A stretch of DNA of 64,000 bases, from assembly GCA_951406725.2 (NCBI GenBank), contig OX597819.1, positions 99,138,001 to 99,202,000 on the forward strand, read 5' to 3'. A program made the translations under genes and the position numbers. Of the stretch, positions 52,880 through 64,000 are shown piece after piece (position 1 is the stretch's first letter; every line of letters starts with the position of its first letter). Below the pieces are notes generated by a model. The model did not search any database. It saw only the letters and a program-made list of their open reading frames with translations, and was not told where the DNA came from. This DNA comes from Octopus vulgaris (lineage: Eukaryota).

Positions 52880-54397
52880 AGAGAAAAGTGAGATGAAGTG
52901 TTTTGCTCTGATGGGCAATGTAGAAACTAGGGATTGACAAATGGTTGATAAGGGCTGCACAGGCCCTATACAGAAATGCTGCCAGTAAGATTAGGTTTGG
53001 AAATGAGCATAGTGAAGAATTCTAAGTAGAAGTAGGGATCCACCAAGGATCAGCACTCAGCCTCCTCTTATTCATCATAGTCCTCCAGGAAATAACAGAG
53101 GAATTCAAGGTAGGTTGCCCCTGGGAACTCCTCTATGCTGATGATCTGACCCTCATAGCAGAATCACTACCAGAACTAGAGAAGAAACTTAAGTCTGGAA
53201 GCAAGGTTTAGAATCGAAGGGCCTTAGAGTCAATGTTTCAAAGACCAAAGTTCTAGTAAGTAGGAAGGCGAACACATCACACACCTCTTCAGGTAGGTGG
53301 CCCTGCTTGATCTGTAGAAAAGGTGTAGGTAGAAATTCCATAAGATGTACCCAGTGTAAGCTATGGATACATAAGAGGTGCAGCAACATCAAAGGAAGAT
53401 TAACCGGGAAGATAGCTTTCATGTGCAGCAGATGAAGAGGGGCAATAAACACCACAGATGCTCAGAAAACAGACTCCATCACATGCCAGGGGAAGAAACT
53501 AGAAGTTGTTGATAGCTTCCACTAACTAGGCAACCAAGACTGTAGTGGGGTGGTGGGGGCGGATGCCCAGAGTGTGTTAACACTAGAATAAGAATAGCCT
53601 GGGCAAAGTTTAGAAAGCTTCTACCCCTACTGGTGACAAAGGGCCTCTTGCTCAGAGTGAAAGGTAGATTGTATGATGCATGTGTGTGAACTGCATTGTT
53701 TGCATTGGTATGGTCATGTACTGTGGATGGACGAGGAGAGCTGTGTGAAGAAGTGCCACTCCCAAACAGTGGAAGGAATCCAGGGTAGAGGGAAACCCAG
53801 GAAGTCATGGGATGAGGTGGTGAAGCATGGCCTTCAAACGTTGGGCCTCACAGAGGCAATGACAAAAGACCAAGACCACTGGAAGTATGCTGTGACTGAG
53901 AAGATCTGGCAAATAAAGTGAGTACACAGCTGTAACCTACCCCAGTGTCGCAAAACCAGCCCACTCAAAAGTACCTTAAAATGTAGGGCGACATGCTGAG
54001 GAGACTCATTGAGTCAAGTACATCAACATCAGCAATATCAAAATCAAATCAAATGGAAATTGTAGTTGTGAGCTCCATGCTGGTAGCACTTAAAAGCACC
54101 ATCCAGACGGGGCTGATGCCAGTACTGCCTTGACTGGCTTCCGTGTCGGTGGCACGTAAAAAGCACCATCCAATTGTGGTCGATGCTAGCTCCTCTGGCC
54201 CCTTGTGCCGGTGGCACATAAAAAGCATCCACTACACTCACAGAGTGGTTTGCGTTAGGAAGGGCATCAAGCTATAGAAACACTGCAAGATCAGACTGGA
54301 GCCTGGTGCAGCCTCCTGGCTTCTCAGGCCCCAGTCAAACTGTCCAACCCACGCCAGCATGGAAAACGGATGTAAAACGATGATGATGATGATGATG
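52880..54397 (+). mobile_element. Degenerate RTE-PHD family copy
   Basis: Homologous to 55500-57332 (GIHQGSALS.LLF, YADD, WPCLICRKGVG), with stops, deletions and a (GAT)n tail. Confidence 0.9.
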
Positions 54398-54458
54398 ACA
54401 TACATACAAATATCTATCTGTCTGCCTGTCTATCTATGTATACATTATGTAAGCATAT

Positions 54459-55232
54459 GACCTTCGAGCATTGGGCCTAACAGAGGCAATGATGAAGGAC
54501 CGAGATCTCTGAAGATATGCTGTGACTGCAAAGACCTGGGCTGCTTCCTGCACCAGTTTCGCATAGCCCCAGCCCATTCAAAGTACCTTGGATTGCAGAA
54601 CGACCTGCTGTGCTTACCTTGGATCGTAGAGTGACCTGCTGTGCTTGAGGAGACCTATTGAGTCAAGTACATCAACATCAATATCAAAATAAATATCAAA
54701 TGGAAATTGTAGTTACGACACCTATGCCGGCAGCACATAAAAAGCACCATCCGAACGTGGCCGATGCCAGCGCTGCCTTGACTGGCTTCTGTGCCAGTGA
54801 CACATGACCTGCTGTGCTTGAGGAGACCTATTGAGTCAAGTACCTAAACATCGAAATAAATATCAAATGGAAATAGTAGTTGTGATACCTGTGCTAGTGG
54901 CACGTAAAAAGCACCATCCGAACGTGGTCGAAGCACCATCCGAACGAGGCTGATGCCAGCGCCACCTTGACTGGCTTCTGTGCCAGTGGCACGTAAAAAG
55001 CACCAACTGATCATGGTCACTGCCAGCCTCCCCTGGCACCTGTGCCGGTGGCACGTAAAAAGCACCCACTGCACTCACGGAGTGGTTGGCGTTAGGAAGG
55101 GCATCCAGCTGTAGAAACACTGCCAGATCAGACTGGAGCCTGGTGCAGCCTCCTGGCTTCTCAGACTCCGGTCGAACCGTCCAACCCATGCCAGCATGGA
55201 AAACAGATGTAAAATGATGATGATGAGGATGA
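54459..55232 (+). mobile_element. Short 3' copy of the RTE-PHD family flanked by a ~55-bp direct repeat
   Basis: 3' ORF end, UTR and GAT tail. catacaaatatct...ctatctatgtata.attatgtaagcatat occurs on both sides. Confidence 0.85.
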
Positions 55233-55282
55233 CAAACATACAAATATCTGTTTGCCTGTCTATCTATGTATATATTATGTAA

Positions 55283-55318
<36 letters not shown>

Positions 55319-55323
<5 letters not shown>

Positions 55324-57302
55324 GGTTACGGAGAGGGTCATAGCCCAACTAATTAGAGAGAGAGTTAGTTTAGATGAGATGCAGTTTGGGTTTGTGCCAG
55401 GGAAAAGTACTACTGATGCTATATTCCTGGTAAGGCAGCTGCAGGAGAAATACCTAGCCAAAGATAAGCCCCTGTACCTGGCTTTTGTTGACATGGAGAA
55501 AGCCTTCGACAGGGTCCCCCGATCCCTTATCTGGTGGGCAATGAGAAAACTAGGGATAGATGAATGGTTAGTGAGAGCTGTGCGGGCCATGTATAGGGAC
55601 GCCGCTAGTAGGGTGAGGGTTGGAAATGAGTACAGTGAAGAATTCCGGGTAGAGGTAGGGGTCCACCAAGGCTCAGTACTCAGCCCCCTCCTATTTATCA
55701 TAGTCCTCCAGGCAATAACGGAGGAATTCAAGACAGGATGCCCTTGGGAGCTCCTCTATGCTGATGACCTTGCTCTAATTGCTGAGTCGCTATCAGAACT
55801 GGAGGAGAAGTTTCAGGTGTGGAAACAAGGATTAGAATCGAAGGGCCTCAGAGTCAATCTAGCTAAAACCAAAGTCGTAATCAGTAGGAAGGTAGACAAA
55901 TCACAAACACCTTCAGGTAGATGGCCCTGCTCGATCTGTAGAAAAGGTGTAGGTAGAAACTCTATAAGATGCACCAAGTGTAAGCTATGGACACATAAGA
56001 GATGCAGCAATGTCAAAGGAAGGCTAACTAGGAAGATGGTTTTTGTATGTGGCAGATGCTCAGGAACAATAAACACTGAAAATGCTCTGAGACCAACTTC
56101 TGTCACTTTCCAGGGAGAAAAACTAGAAATAGTTGATAGTTTCCGTTACCTAGGTGACCAAGTCAGCAGCGGGGGCGGGTGTGCTGAAAGTGTAACTGCT
56201 AGAGTAAGAATAGCTTGGGCAAAGTTCAGAGAGCTCTTACCTCTGCTGGTGACAAAAGGCCTCTCGCACAGAGTGAAAGGCAGACTGTATGATGCGTGTG
56301 TACGAACAGCCATGCTACATGGCAGTGAAACATGGGCCGTGACTGCTGAGGATATGCGTAAGCTCGCTAGAAATGAAGCCAGTATGCTCCGATGGATGTG
56401 TAATGCCAGTACTCACACTCGGCAGAGTGTAAGTACCTTGAGAGAAAAGCTGGACCTAAGAAGCATCAGTTGTGGTGTGCAAGAGAGACGTTTACGCTGG
56501 TATGGTCATGTGGCGAGAATGGATGAAGATAGTTGTGTGAAAAAGTGCCACACCCTAGCGGTTGAGGGAACCTGTGGAAGAGGCAGACCCAGGAAAACCT
56601 GGGACGAGGTGGTGAAGCACGACCTTCGAACTTTAGGTCTCACCGAGGAAACGACTAGAGACCGAGACCTCTGGAAGTGTGCTGTGCGCGAGAAGACCCG
56701 GCAGGACAAGTGAGTCCACAACCCGTGGCCTTCTACATGGGATGGAGCCAGCCTACGTATGCATACCTTCCCTTCTTGGGACACAAAACTCTACTTGTGA
56801 AGACGTGTTGAGGCAAGTGAGGATCAGAATCGAAATCGATCAATGGAAATTGCGGATGTGCTACCAGTGCCGGTGGCATGTCGAAACTCTGCTTGTGAAG
56901 ACCCATTGAGGCAAGTGAGGATCAGAATCGAAATCGATCAATGGAAATCGATCAATGGAAATTGCAGATGTGTTACCAGTGCCGGTGGCATGTAAGAGAA
57001 CCTTCCGTTTCGCGACCGTTGCCAGCACCGCCCCGTTTCGTGTTCGTTGCCAGCCTCGCCTGGCCCTCGTGCCGGTGGCACATAAAAAACACCATCCGTT
57101 CGTGGCCGTTTGCCAGCTCTGGCTGGCACCAGTGCGGGTGGCACGTAAAAAGCACCCACTACACTCACGGAGTGGTTGGCGTTAGGAAGGGCATCCAGCC
57201 GTAGAAACACTGCCAGATTTGACTGGGCCTGATGAAGCCTTCTGGCTTCACAGACCCCAGCAGAACCGTCCAACCCATGCTAGCATGGAAAACGGACGCT
57301 AA

Positions 57303-57332
<30 letters not shown>
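55319..57332 (+). mobile_element. 5'-truncated young RTE LINE with an open RT frame (55319-56713) containing a PHD finger
   Basis: QFGF, FVDMEKAFD, GVHQGSVLSP, YADD, FRYLG and RLRWYGH motifs, a C4HC3 insert at 55928-56059, 3' UTR repeats and a (GAT)n tail. Confidence 0.95.
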
Positions 57333-57336
<4 letters not shown>

Positions 57337-57918
57337 ATGCACACACACACACACACACACACTTCATATTCAAGGCTCTGATGAAGCTAAAAGGCATACT
57401 CAAGCATTTAACTATGAGTCCACTGCATAAATATATATATATATGTGTGTGTATTTATATATACATAAATATATATATATATACATATAGTTACAAATTG
57501 AGATAGGGGTTGTAAATGCAACCCTCCATGGGATAACATATATCCAATATACTGCTAGTGAAGTACCCAACAAAGTTAATACATAAATGTTAATGATTGC
57601 GATGCAATCAATTCATTTACTGTATTATATGGGCAAAGGTAACAAAAATATATGGTTATTCTGATATATGCATGATATTCGGAACCCCATAGAATCTTTT
57701 ATCGGTGTAAGGTGTATATGCGCATCATATCTTAGGGCACTAGTTTGAGTTTTTGCTATACCAATATGTAATATGTAAGAGTCTATAATTAGTATAAGTT
57801 GTTTATCTCGATGAGCATATAAGGTGTGTTTTTTTATTTAATTTTTTATTTATATTTTTTTTATCTTTGTGCCTTCCTTAATTTGTATTCCGTTTTATTT
57901 ATCTATTTATCTATACAT

Positions 57919-57957
<39 letters not shown>

Positions 57958-58297
57958 TTTATATTTATTTATTTAATTATCTATTTTTGTTTATCTAGCA
58001 CTTACTAATCTATAATTAATTTAATTTATAATTTTATAATTAATGAACTTATATCTAAATTAATAGTAACTTCTGTTTACTTTTTGTGTATGTATATATA
58101 CGTCTTTGGATGGGCGGACATATATTTTAATTTATGATTTAGAGGATGTGAGTTGAGGTGTCGGGGTGTGTGAAAATGTGTATATGGACGTATGTATGTT
58201 TTTGTATATATAGGTATGATCGTGGGTGGATGTATGGATGTATGTTTTTATTACACATAAGAGCACGCAGGTGCATATTTGGATATGTATATATGTA

Positions 58298-59971
58298 CAC
58301 TACGGTCAGAAATTAATTAGCACCCTTGATTTGCTCTTCACTCAAGGTATTTGCTGTCACCTAGTGGCCATATCTCAAACTATTGCTTTGTTGTGAGGTC
58401 ACTGTTGCGCAGAACGATGACGTAACTTTGTTTGCAGAGCAGTTTGAGAGTCTACACCCTAATGATGTTGACATAGCAGTGCAACAACAACTTGGAGTGC
58501 GGATGCAGACAAATCTTCCTTTGTTTAATAGATATAGGTAGCGCCTCGCAAGGACCGAAATCACACTGTACTAAGTTTTCTCATCGCGTAAGACGTTTTG
58601 AACAGCTCGTAGGTTAATTGATTTGTGTATTTGCAAGATTTTTTTCCTCACAAATTCTCCTACACTCTGCTTGATGATGTCACTTCCGGTTCACAAAACT
58701 TTCTGTTATACATCAAATAAGGTGAGAAATTCTGCTTTCTTTCTTTTTTGTTTAATGAATAATAACTCATAGCAGTTTTGTTATAGCATAACATTATTCA
58801 AATGAATAGTTTTAATGAAAATAACTGGTTTTTATCGTTCATTCCTAGACGGGCCCAAGACCTCGCATGATCTTGGAGAGACGGTACGAGGCTCTCTCGT
58901 GGCGTGGGAAGCTGTTGGAGGCTGCAATAGCCAGAAAACTTGGTGTAGCCAGGCGCACAATTCAGTGCTTATTTAAGAAATACGAGGAAACCGGATCAGC
59001 AGCTGACAAAAAGGGTAGGGGACGGAAGAGGCTGACGACCCAGCGGGAGGACCGGATGCTGATCCGAAAGTTACTGTACAACCGAAGGGCAACGAGCCAG
59101 CAACTGGCGGAGGAGATGCAAAAGATGACAGGGAAGCAGTTGTCTACAACTACCGTCAAGACCAGATTACTGGAAGCTGGTCTAAAATCCTGTAGGGCCG
59201 CCCATAAGCCGCTCCTTACAGCCCACAAGACATGGATTGTGCAGCAGTAGTGGACAGTGATGTTCACTGACGAGTCGCAATTCAGTCTCGTCAGTGACAA
59301 GCCTGTCCATGTGCGACACCGCAGGGGTGAACGCTTCAACATAGACTGCATTGCTCCCACCATGAAGCATGGTGGGGGTGGTCTGATGGTGTGAGGGGCG
59401 TTCAGCTACAGTGGTGTTGGGCGGCTCTATGCCGTCGAAGGCAACATCAACGCAGCAAAGTACGTTGAGATAGTACGGGATACCTCTTTGGTGGCGAGGA
59501 GTACGTGCTCCAGCAGGACAACGCGCCTTCCCACACAGCCAAGCTCACAACCAGTTTCGTCAAGGACCATGGGGTGACGGTCATGGACTGGCCTGGCCAG
59601 TCACCTGACCTGAACCCTATTGAGAACCTCTGGAGTCGATTGGGTAGGGATTTGAATGTGCAGCAATACAGGAACCGACACAAGCTGTTTGGGGCACTTC
59701 TTGCTGCATGGAGGGCCATCCCCGCACAGTACCTGCAGGCACTCATAGACAGCATGCCGACCCGCGTAGCAGCTGTCATTGCTGCCAAAGGAGGAGCAAC
59801 AAGATATTGACTAAATTTCACGATTAATAACAATTATGTGGTGTGCTGGGATATGTTTTAATAAATTTTTGATTAAAAACGAGTTCGTTTCTGATAATAA
59901 GTTAATTAAATTAAGAAAATGTAAGAAAATGTAGAAATTTGAGAAGTGCTAATTAATTTCCGACGCAAGTG
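58298..59971 (+). mobile_element. Near full-length Tc1 (DD34E) transposon with a defective transposase
   Basis: TA TSD and 26-bp TIRs. HTH region 58867-59250, FTDES, QQDNAPSH-34 aa-SPDLNPIENLW, with internal stops and a frameshift. Confidence 0.95.
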
Positions 59972-60835
59972 TATATGCGAATATGTATTCATGGGTGGAT
60001 ATAAATATAGGTTTTAGTTGTACGTATGAGTGCACAGATATATATTTTAATATATATATATGTGTGTGCGAATGTTCCCTAACACAGTATATGTGAGTGT
60101 ACTAATATATATGTGTATATGTGCATGTGCGTGTGAGTGTGTGTGTTAGTGTTAGACACTGCTGCCTGTACTGATTTGTCTATAAGCCATGCGATGACAG
60201 ACATGCACTCTGCATTTCAGTGAAAGTGTGGCGATGTGTAGGGGTGTATTCATGTGTGCGTGAGTTTCTGCGTGGATGTGTGGGTTTAGGGTTAGATGTG
60301 GATGTGTATGTTTTGCTTGTGCGGTGTGGTAGAGGTCGGGCGGCTCTCAATGGACCAACCATGAGGAAGATAATGATAATTTTAAATTCAAATCCAATAG
60401 TGTATTTATGTCATAAGGAAAATTACTAACTGGAACCCGGACATACTTATGTGCCAATCTGGATCCTAATGTAAGCATTATTAATAATATTATGAATGAT
60501 AATAATGGTAACATTTATTGTATTGACAACGATAATGATGCTAACTTCAATGACACTTTATAAATTAGTATGAAGTAATATAATGTACTATTGCCTATGT
60601 ATATTTGCATCTAGGTACTAATATGTGTATGTTTATTATCACAATATTAAGTCGAAAAACTGAGACGTTGAATCTGGAACATATATATGTTTACTAATTT
60701 ATATTATTTATTTATATCATTATGTATATGTATAGGAGTGTGAGTATATGCACTCATATGTATATGTATATGTTGTATTATGGGTATGTACCCACACCCA
60801 TGTGGATATATATGTAGACTGATTTATATTACATA

Positions 60836-60962
60836 ATCTCCGAAGAGGCCTTATGATATTTTTGTAAATGTCTCATTTATATCTATATATTGACCTACCA
60901 TAAAAGGCTAATATTGGTAAAATGAGACATACTTATCTACATGGCCGAAACAGCTGTAAGAT
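60836..60962 (+). ncRNA. Type-I hammerhead motif (U4C variant) with an extended stem II
   Basis: ATCT-CCGAAGA-GGCC...(TGTCTCATTT/AAATGAGACA)...GGCC-GAAA-CAGCTG-TA-AGAT. Confidence 0.7.
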
Positions 60963-61447
60963 ATAATCTATACTTATATTTATATTCTCTTTTATATATA
61001 TTCTACTTATTATACATCATTACTCTTTTATGTACACTTTTTTATGTACACTTTTTTATGTACACTACTGTATGTACATTGATTTGTTCTGCTTTTTATA
61101 TGTAACCCTACAGTCTCTTATGTGGTGGTTTAATAAAGTATGTGATTGAGTATTATCGTGTAATTGATATTTGATTTAGACGTATTTCTCCATTTTCTTA
61201 CATATATATACTTATATATACATATCTTTGTGTGTATGCACATATACACACACAGGCATGAAATAAATGGTATGTTTTTTTTTAACAATATTATACTCTT
61301 GGAATAGAAACTTTATTTACAACTTCTGTAAAGTGTCCACCTCCTTTCATCTTTCCTCAAAGTGTTCTGCATTTGTTTTCTTTTATACCACATTTCAGAT
61401 AGTTTGACAGAGTGAAAGATTAGTTGTAAATCTTCTGTGCACAGTAT

Positions 61448-61639
61448 AGGCGTAGGAGAGACTGTGTGGTAAGTAGCTTACTTACAAACCATATGGTTCT
61501 GGGTTCAGTCCCACTGCATGGCCCCTTGGGCAAGTGTCTTCTACTATAGCTTCGGGCTGACTAAAGCCTTGTGAGTGAATTTGGTAGACGGAAACTGAAA
61601 GAAGCCCGTCGTATATATGTATGTGTGTGAATGTATATA

Positions 61640-61683
<44 letters not shown>

Positions 61684-63495
61684 ATAGCATAACTTAGTTA
61701 TTTTTTTAAATTGATAATCGCTAGTTATTCCCATTGATAATTATATTTATAGTATTTATAGTATTTATTCGATACTATATTACTACGAATTGATTATTTA
61801 CTCTTTACTCTTTACTCTTTTACTCTTTTACTTGTTTCAGTCATTTGACTGCGGCCATGCTGGAGCACCGCCTTTAGTCGAGCAACTCGACCCCGGGACT
61901 TATTCTTTTTGTAAGCTCAGTACTTATTCTATCGATCTCTTTTTGCCGAACCGCTAAGTGACGGGGACGTAAACACACCAGCATTGGTTGTCAAGCAATG
62001 CAAGGAGAACAAACACAGACACACAAACACACACACATACATATATATATATACATATACACGACAGGCATTTTTAAGGCATAATTATTTTACATAAGAT
62101 TTCCGAAAGTTTGTTTAAGTTTGTTCATTTGTATTTTGAAATTAGCTATTTCATCTTTAAATATGAAAAATTAATTTATTAGGATTTTATTATATGTGCA
62201 TATATATTTATTTATAGAGATTATTTTAGATCTTAATTATAATATTTATATACATTTATATATTTTCATTGATAATTTATATATATTAGTCATTTTTAAA
62301 TATTTATGTAATGAGATATAGACTAATACCGATATTAGACTATTGGTGGGTTTCCTACCTTATAAATTAAAATTAATATTTAACATTATAGTCGATTTTG
62401 ATATAATCATAATTGTTAAGTTTTATGTTTCTAGTTTGATAATAGAGTTCATTATAAGTAAAATTATTATATTATTTATATCTTAAAAATATTGTTTAAA
62501 TATTTTATATTTTAGATATTTCAATTAACCTGAAGATTGACTGTAACCATAACTCGAATTATTACGAATTGTACAGCCATGAAACGATCGTAGTGTTTTA
62601 CTCTTTATCTTTTATTAAACTTTTAATACTTTTGATATATATTTAAAATAATATAAATTAATAATTTTATGTATTGGCTTATGTTTTTCATTGTTTGATT
62701 TGCTTAATAGTGGTTTTATCTCTAATTTGATATAATATAATATAATATATTTATACTATAAAATTGGATTTAATCCTAAATCTGATTTTTCCCTGTTAGT
62801 TTGCATTTATTCCCTAATATTTTATTATTAATATATATATATATATATTTTTTTTTACTTGTTTCAGTCATTTGACTGCGGCCATGCTAGAGCACCGCCT
62901 TTAATCGAGCAACTCGACCCCAGGACTTATTCTTTTGTAAGCCCAGTACTTATTCTATCGGTCTCTTTTGCTGAACCGCTAAGTAACGAGGACATAAACA
63001 CACCAGCATCGGTTGTCAAGCAATGCTAGGGAGACACACAAATACACACATGCATATATATATATATATATATACATATATACGACGGGCTTCTTTCAGT
63101 TTCTGTCTACCAAATCCACTCACAAGGCTTTGGTCAGCCCGAGGCTATAGTAGAAGACACTTGCCCAAGGTGCCACGCAGTGGGACTGAACCCAGAACCA
63201 TGTGGTTGGTAAACAAGCTAATTACCACACAGCCACTCCTGTATGTGTGTGTATATATATATATGTATGTGTGTGTACATGTTTGTGTGTCTGTGTTTGT
63301 CCCCCCCAATATCACTTGATGACCAATGCTGGTGTGTTTATGTCCCCGTAACTTAGAGGTTCAGCAAAAGAGACCAATAGAATAAGTACTAGGCTTATAA
63401 AGAATAAGTCCTGGGGTCGATTTCCTTGACTAAAGACAGTGCTCCAGCATGGCCACAGACTGAAACAAGTAAAAGAGTAAAGAGTAAAAGAGTAA
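61448..63495. mobile_element. Family-A SINE pieces in both orientations (61448-61620 +, 61798-62068 -, 62855-63240 -, 63270-63495 +)
   Basis: Family-A core recognisable in each piece. Confidence 0.88.
62527..62597 (+). ncRNA. Type-I hammerhead motif, canonical core
   Basis: AAC-CTGAAGA-T-TGACTGTA...TACAGCCA-T-GAAA-CGATCG-TA-GTGTT, with palindromic stem III and a GUA cleavage triplet. Confidence 0.68.
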
Positions 63496-64000
63496 GGGAA
63501 CCATTTGGCTTTTTGGCTAAACCCTAAGTACTACACCTGTACTAATCAGCTTAATGTCTGGCACATTCCTAAAACTAAAAATGTGGGAACTCACACAACC
63601 TTTGCTAGGCTTGAATGTCCAATAAGGGAATCTCTGAGTGATTGCTAGACTTCCAAGAATAACCAAATATCTCTCAAACAACCATCACCCCATCAAAAGA
63701 AGGTCACATTGCATAATGAAGTGGTAGCTATGCTATTTACCATGTCATTATTCACCATTATGTATAAAAGTTGTAATAGTTATTGTTAGAATGTCTTTGA
63801 TCATAAATCTAAATAAACATAATTGATCTGAGATAAAATTACTTTCAATGTAACACTATATTTGTATATACAAGCGTAATGGTTGTATGCCAGTAAGGAG
63901 TCGTTACCAGCAGCACCTTACTGGCACTCATGCCTGTGCTAGTAGGGTGCCATGAGCACCATCCGAACGTTCTCGTTGCCAGAGCAGCCAACTAGCTTCC

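Overview
AT-rich, repeat-dominated eukaryotic DNA. The tRNA-derived SINEs, RTE, CR1, R4/Dong and Penelope elements and the dense microsatellites resemble an Octopus/coleoid cephalopod genome (inference). One host gene is supported: three minus-strand exons (49037-48836, 43287-43208, 37896-37712) splice in phase into a ~155-aa partial, Cys-rich, folate-receptor-like protein with a GPI-type C-terminus. Its first exon(s) were not found in the window. The rest is mostly mobile DNA: a near full-length RTE LINE with three in-frame stops, an RTE family with a PHD finger inside the RT, CR1 and R4/Dong fragments, several Penelope-like fragments, Tc1 and mariner elements, Merlin-, hAT- and piggyBac-like MITEs, a Helitron and dozens of SINEs. 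The most notable unannotated signal is a set of minimal type-I hammerhead-ribozyme motifs with palindromic stem III, several inside 190-650 bp fold-back palindromes. One intact-core copy is sense to the gene's possible ~15 kb 3' UTR. Also notable are a promoter-like cluster (DR1, CArG, CCAAT) near 560-640 and a recent 202-bp templated duplication flanking the last coding exon. Repeat boundaries were read by eye and are approximate unless TIRs or TSDs are quoted.
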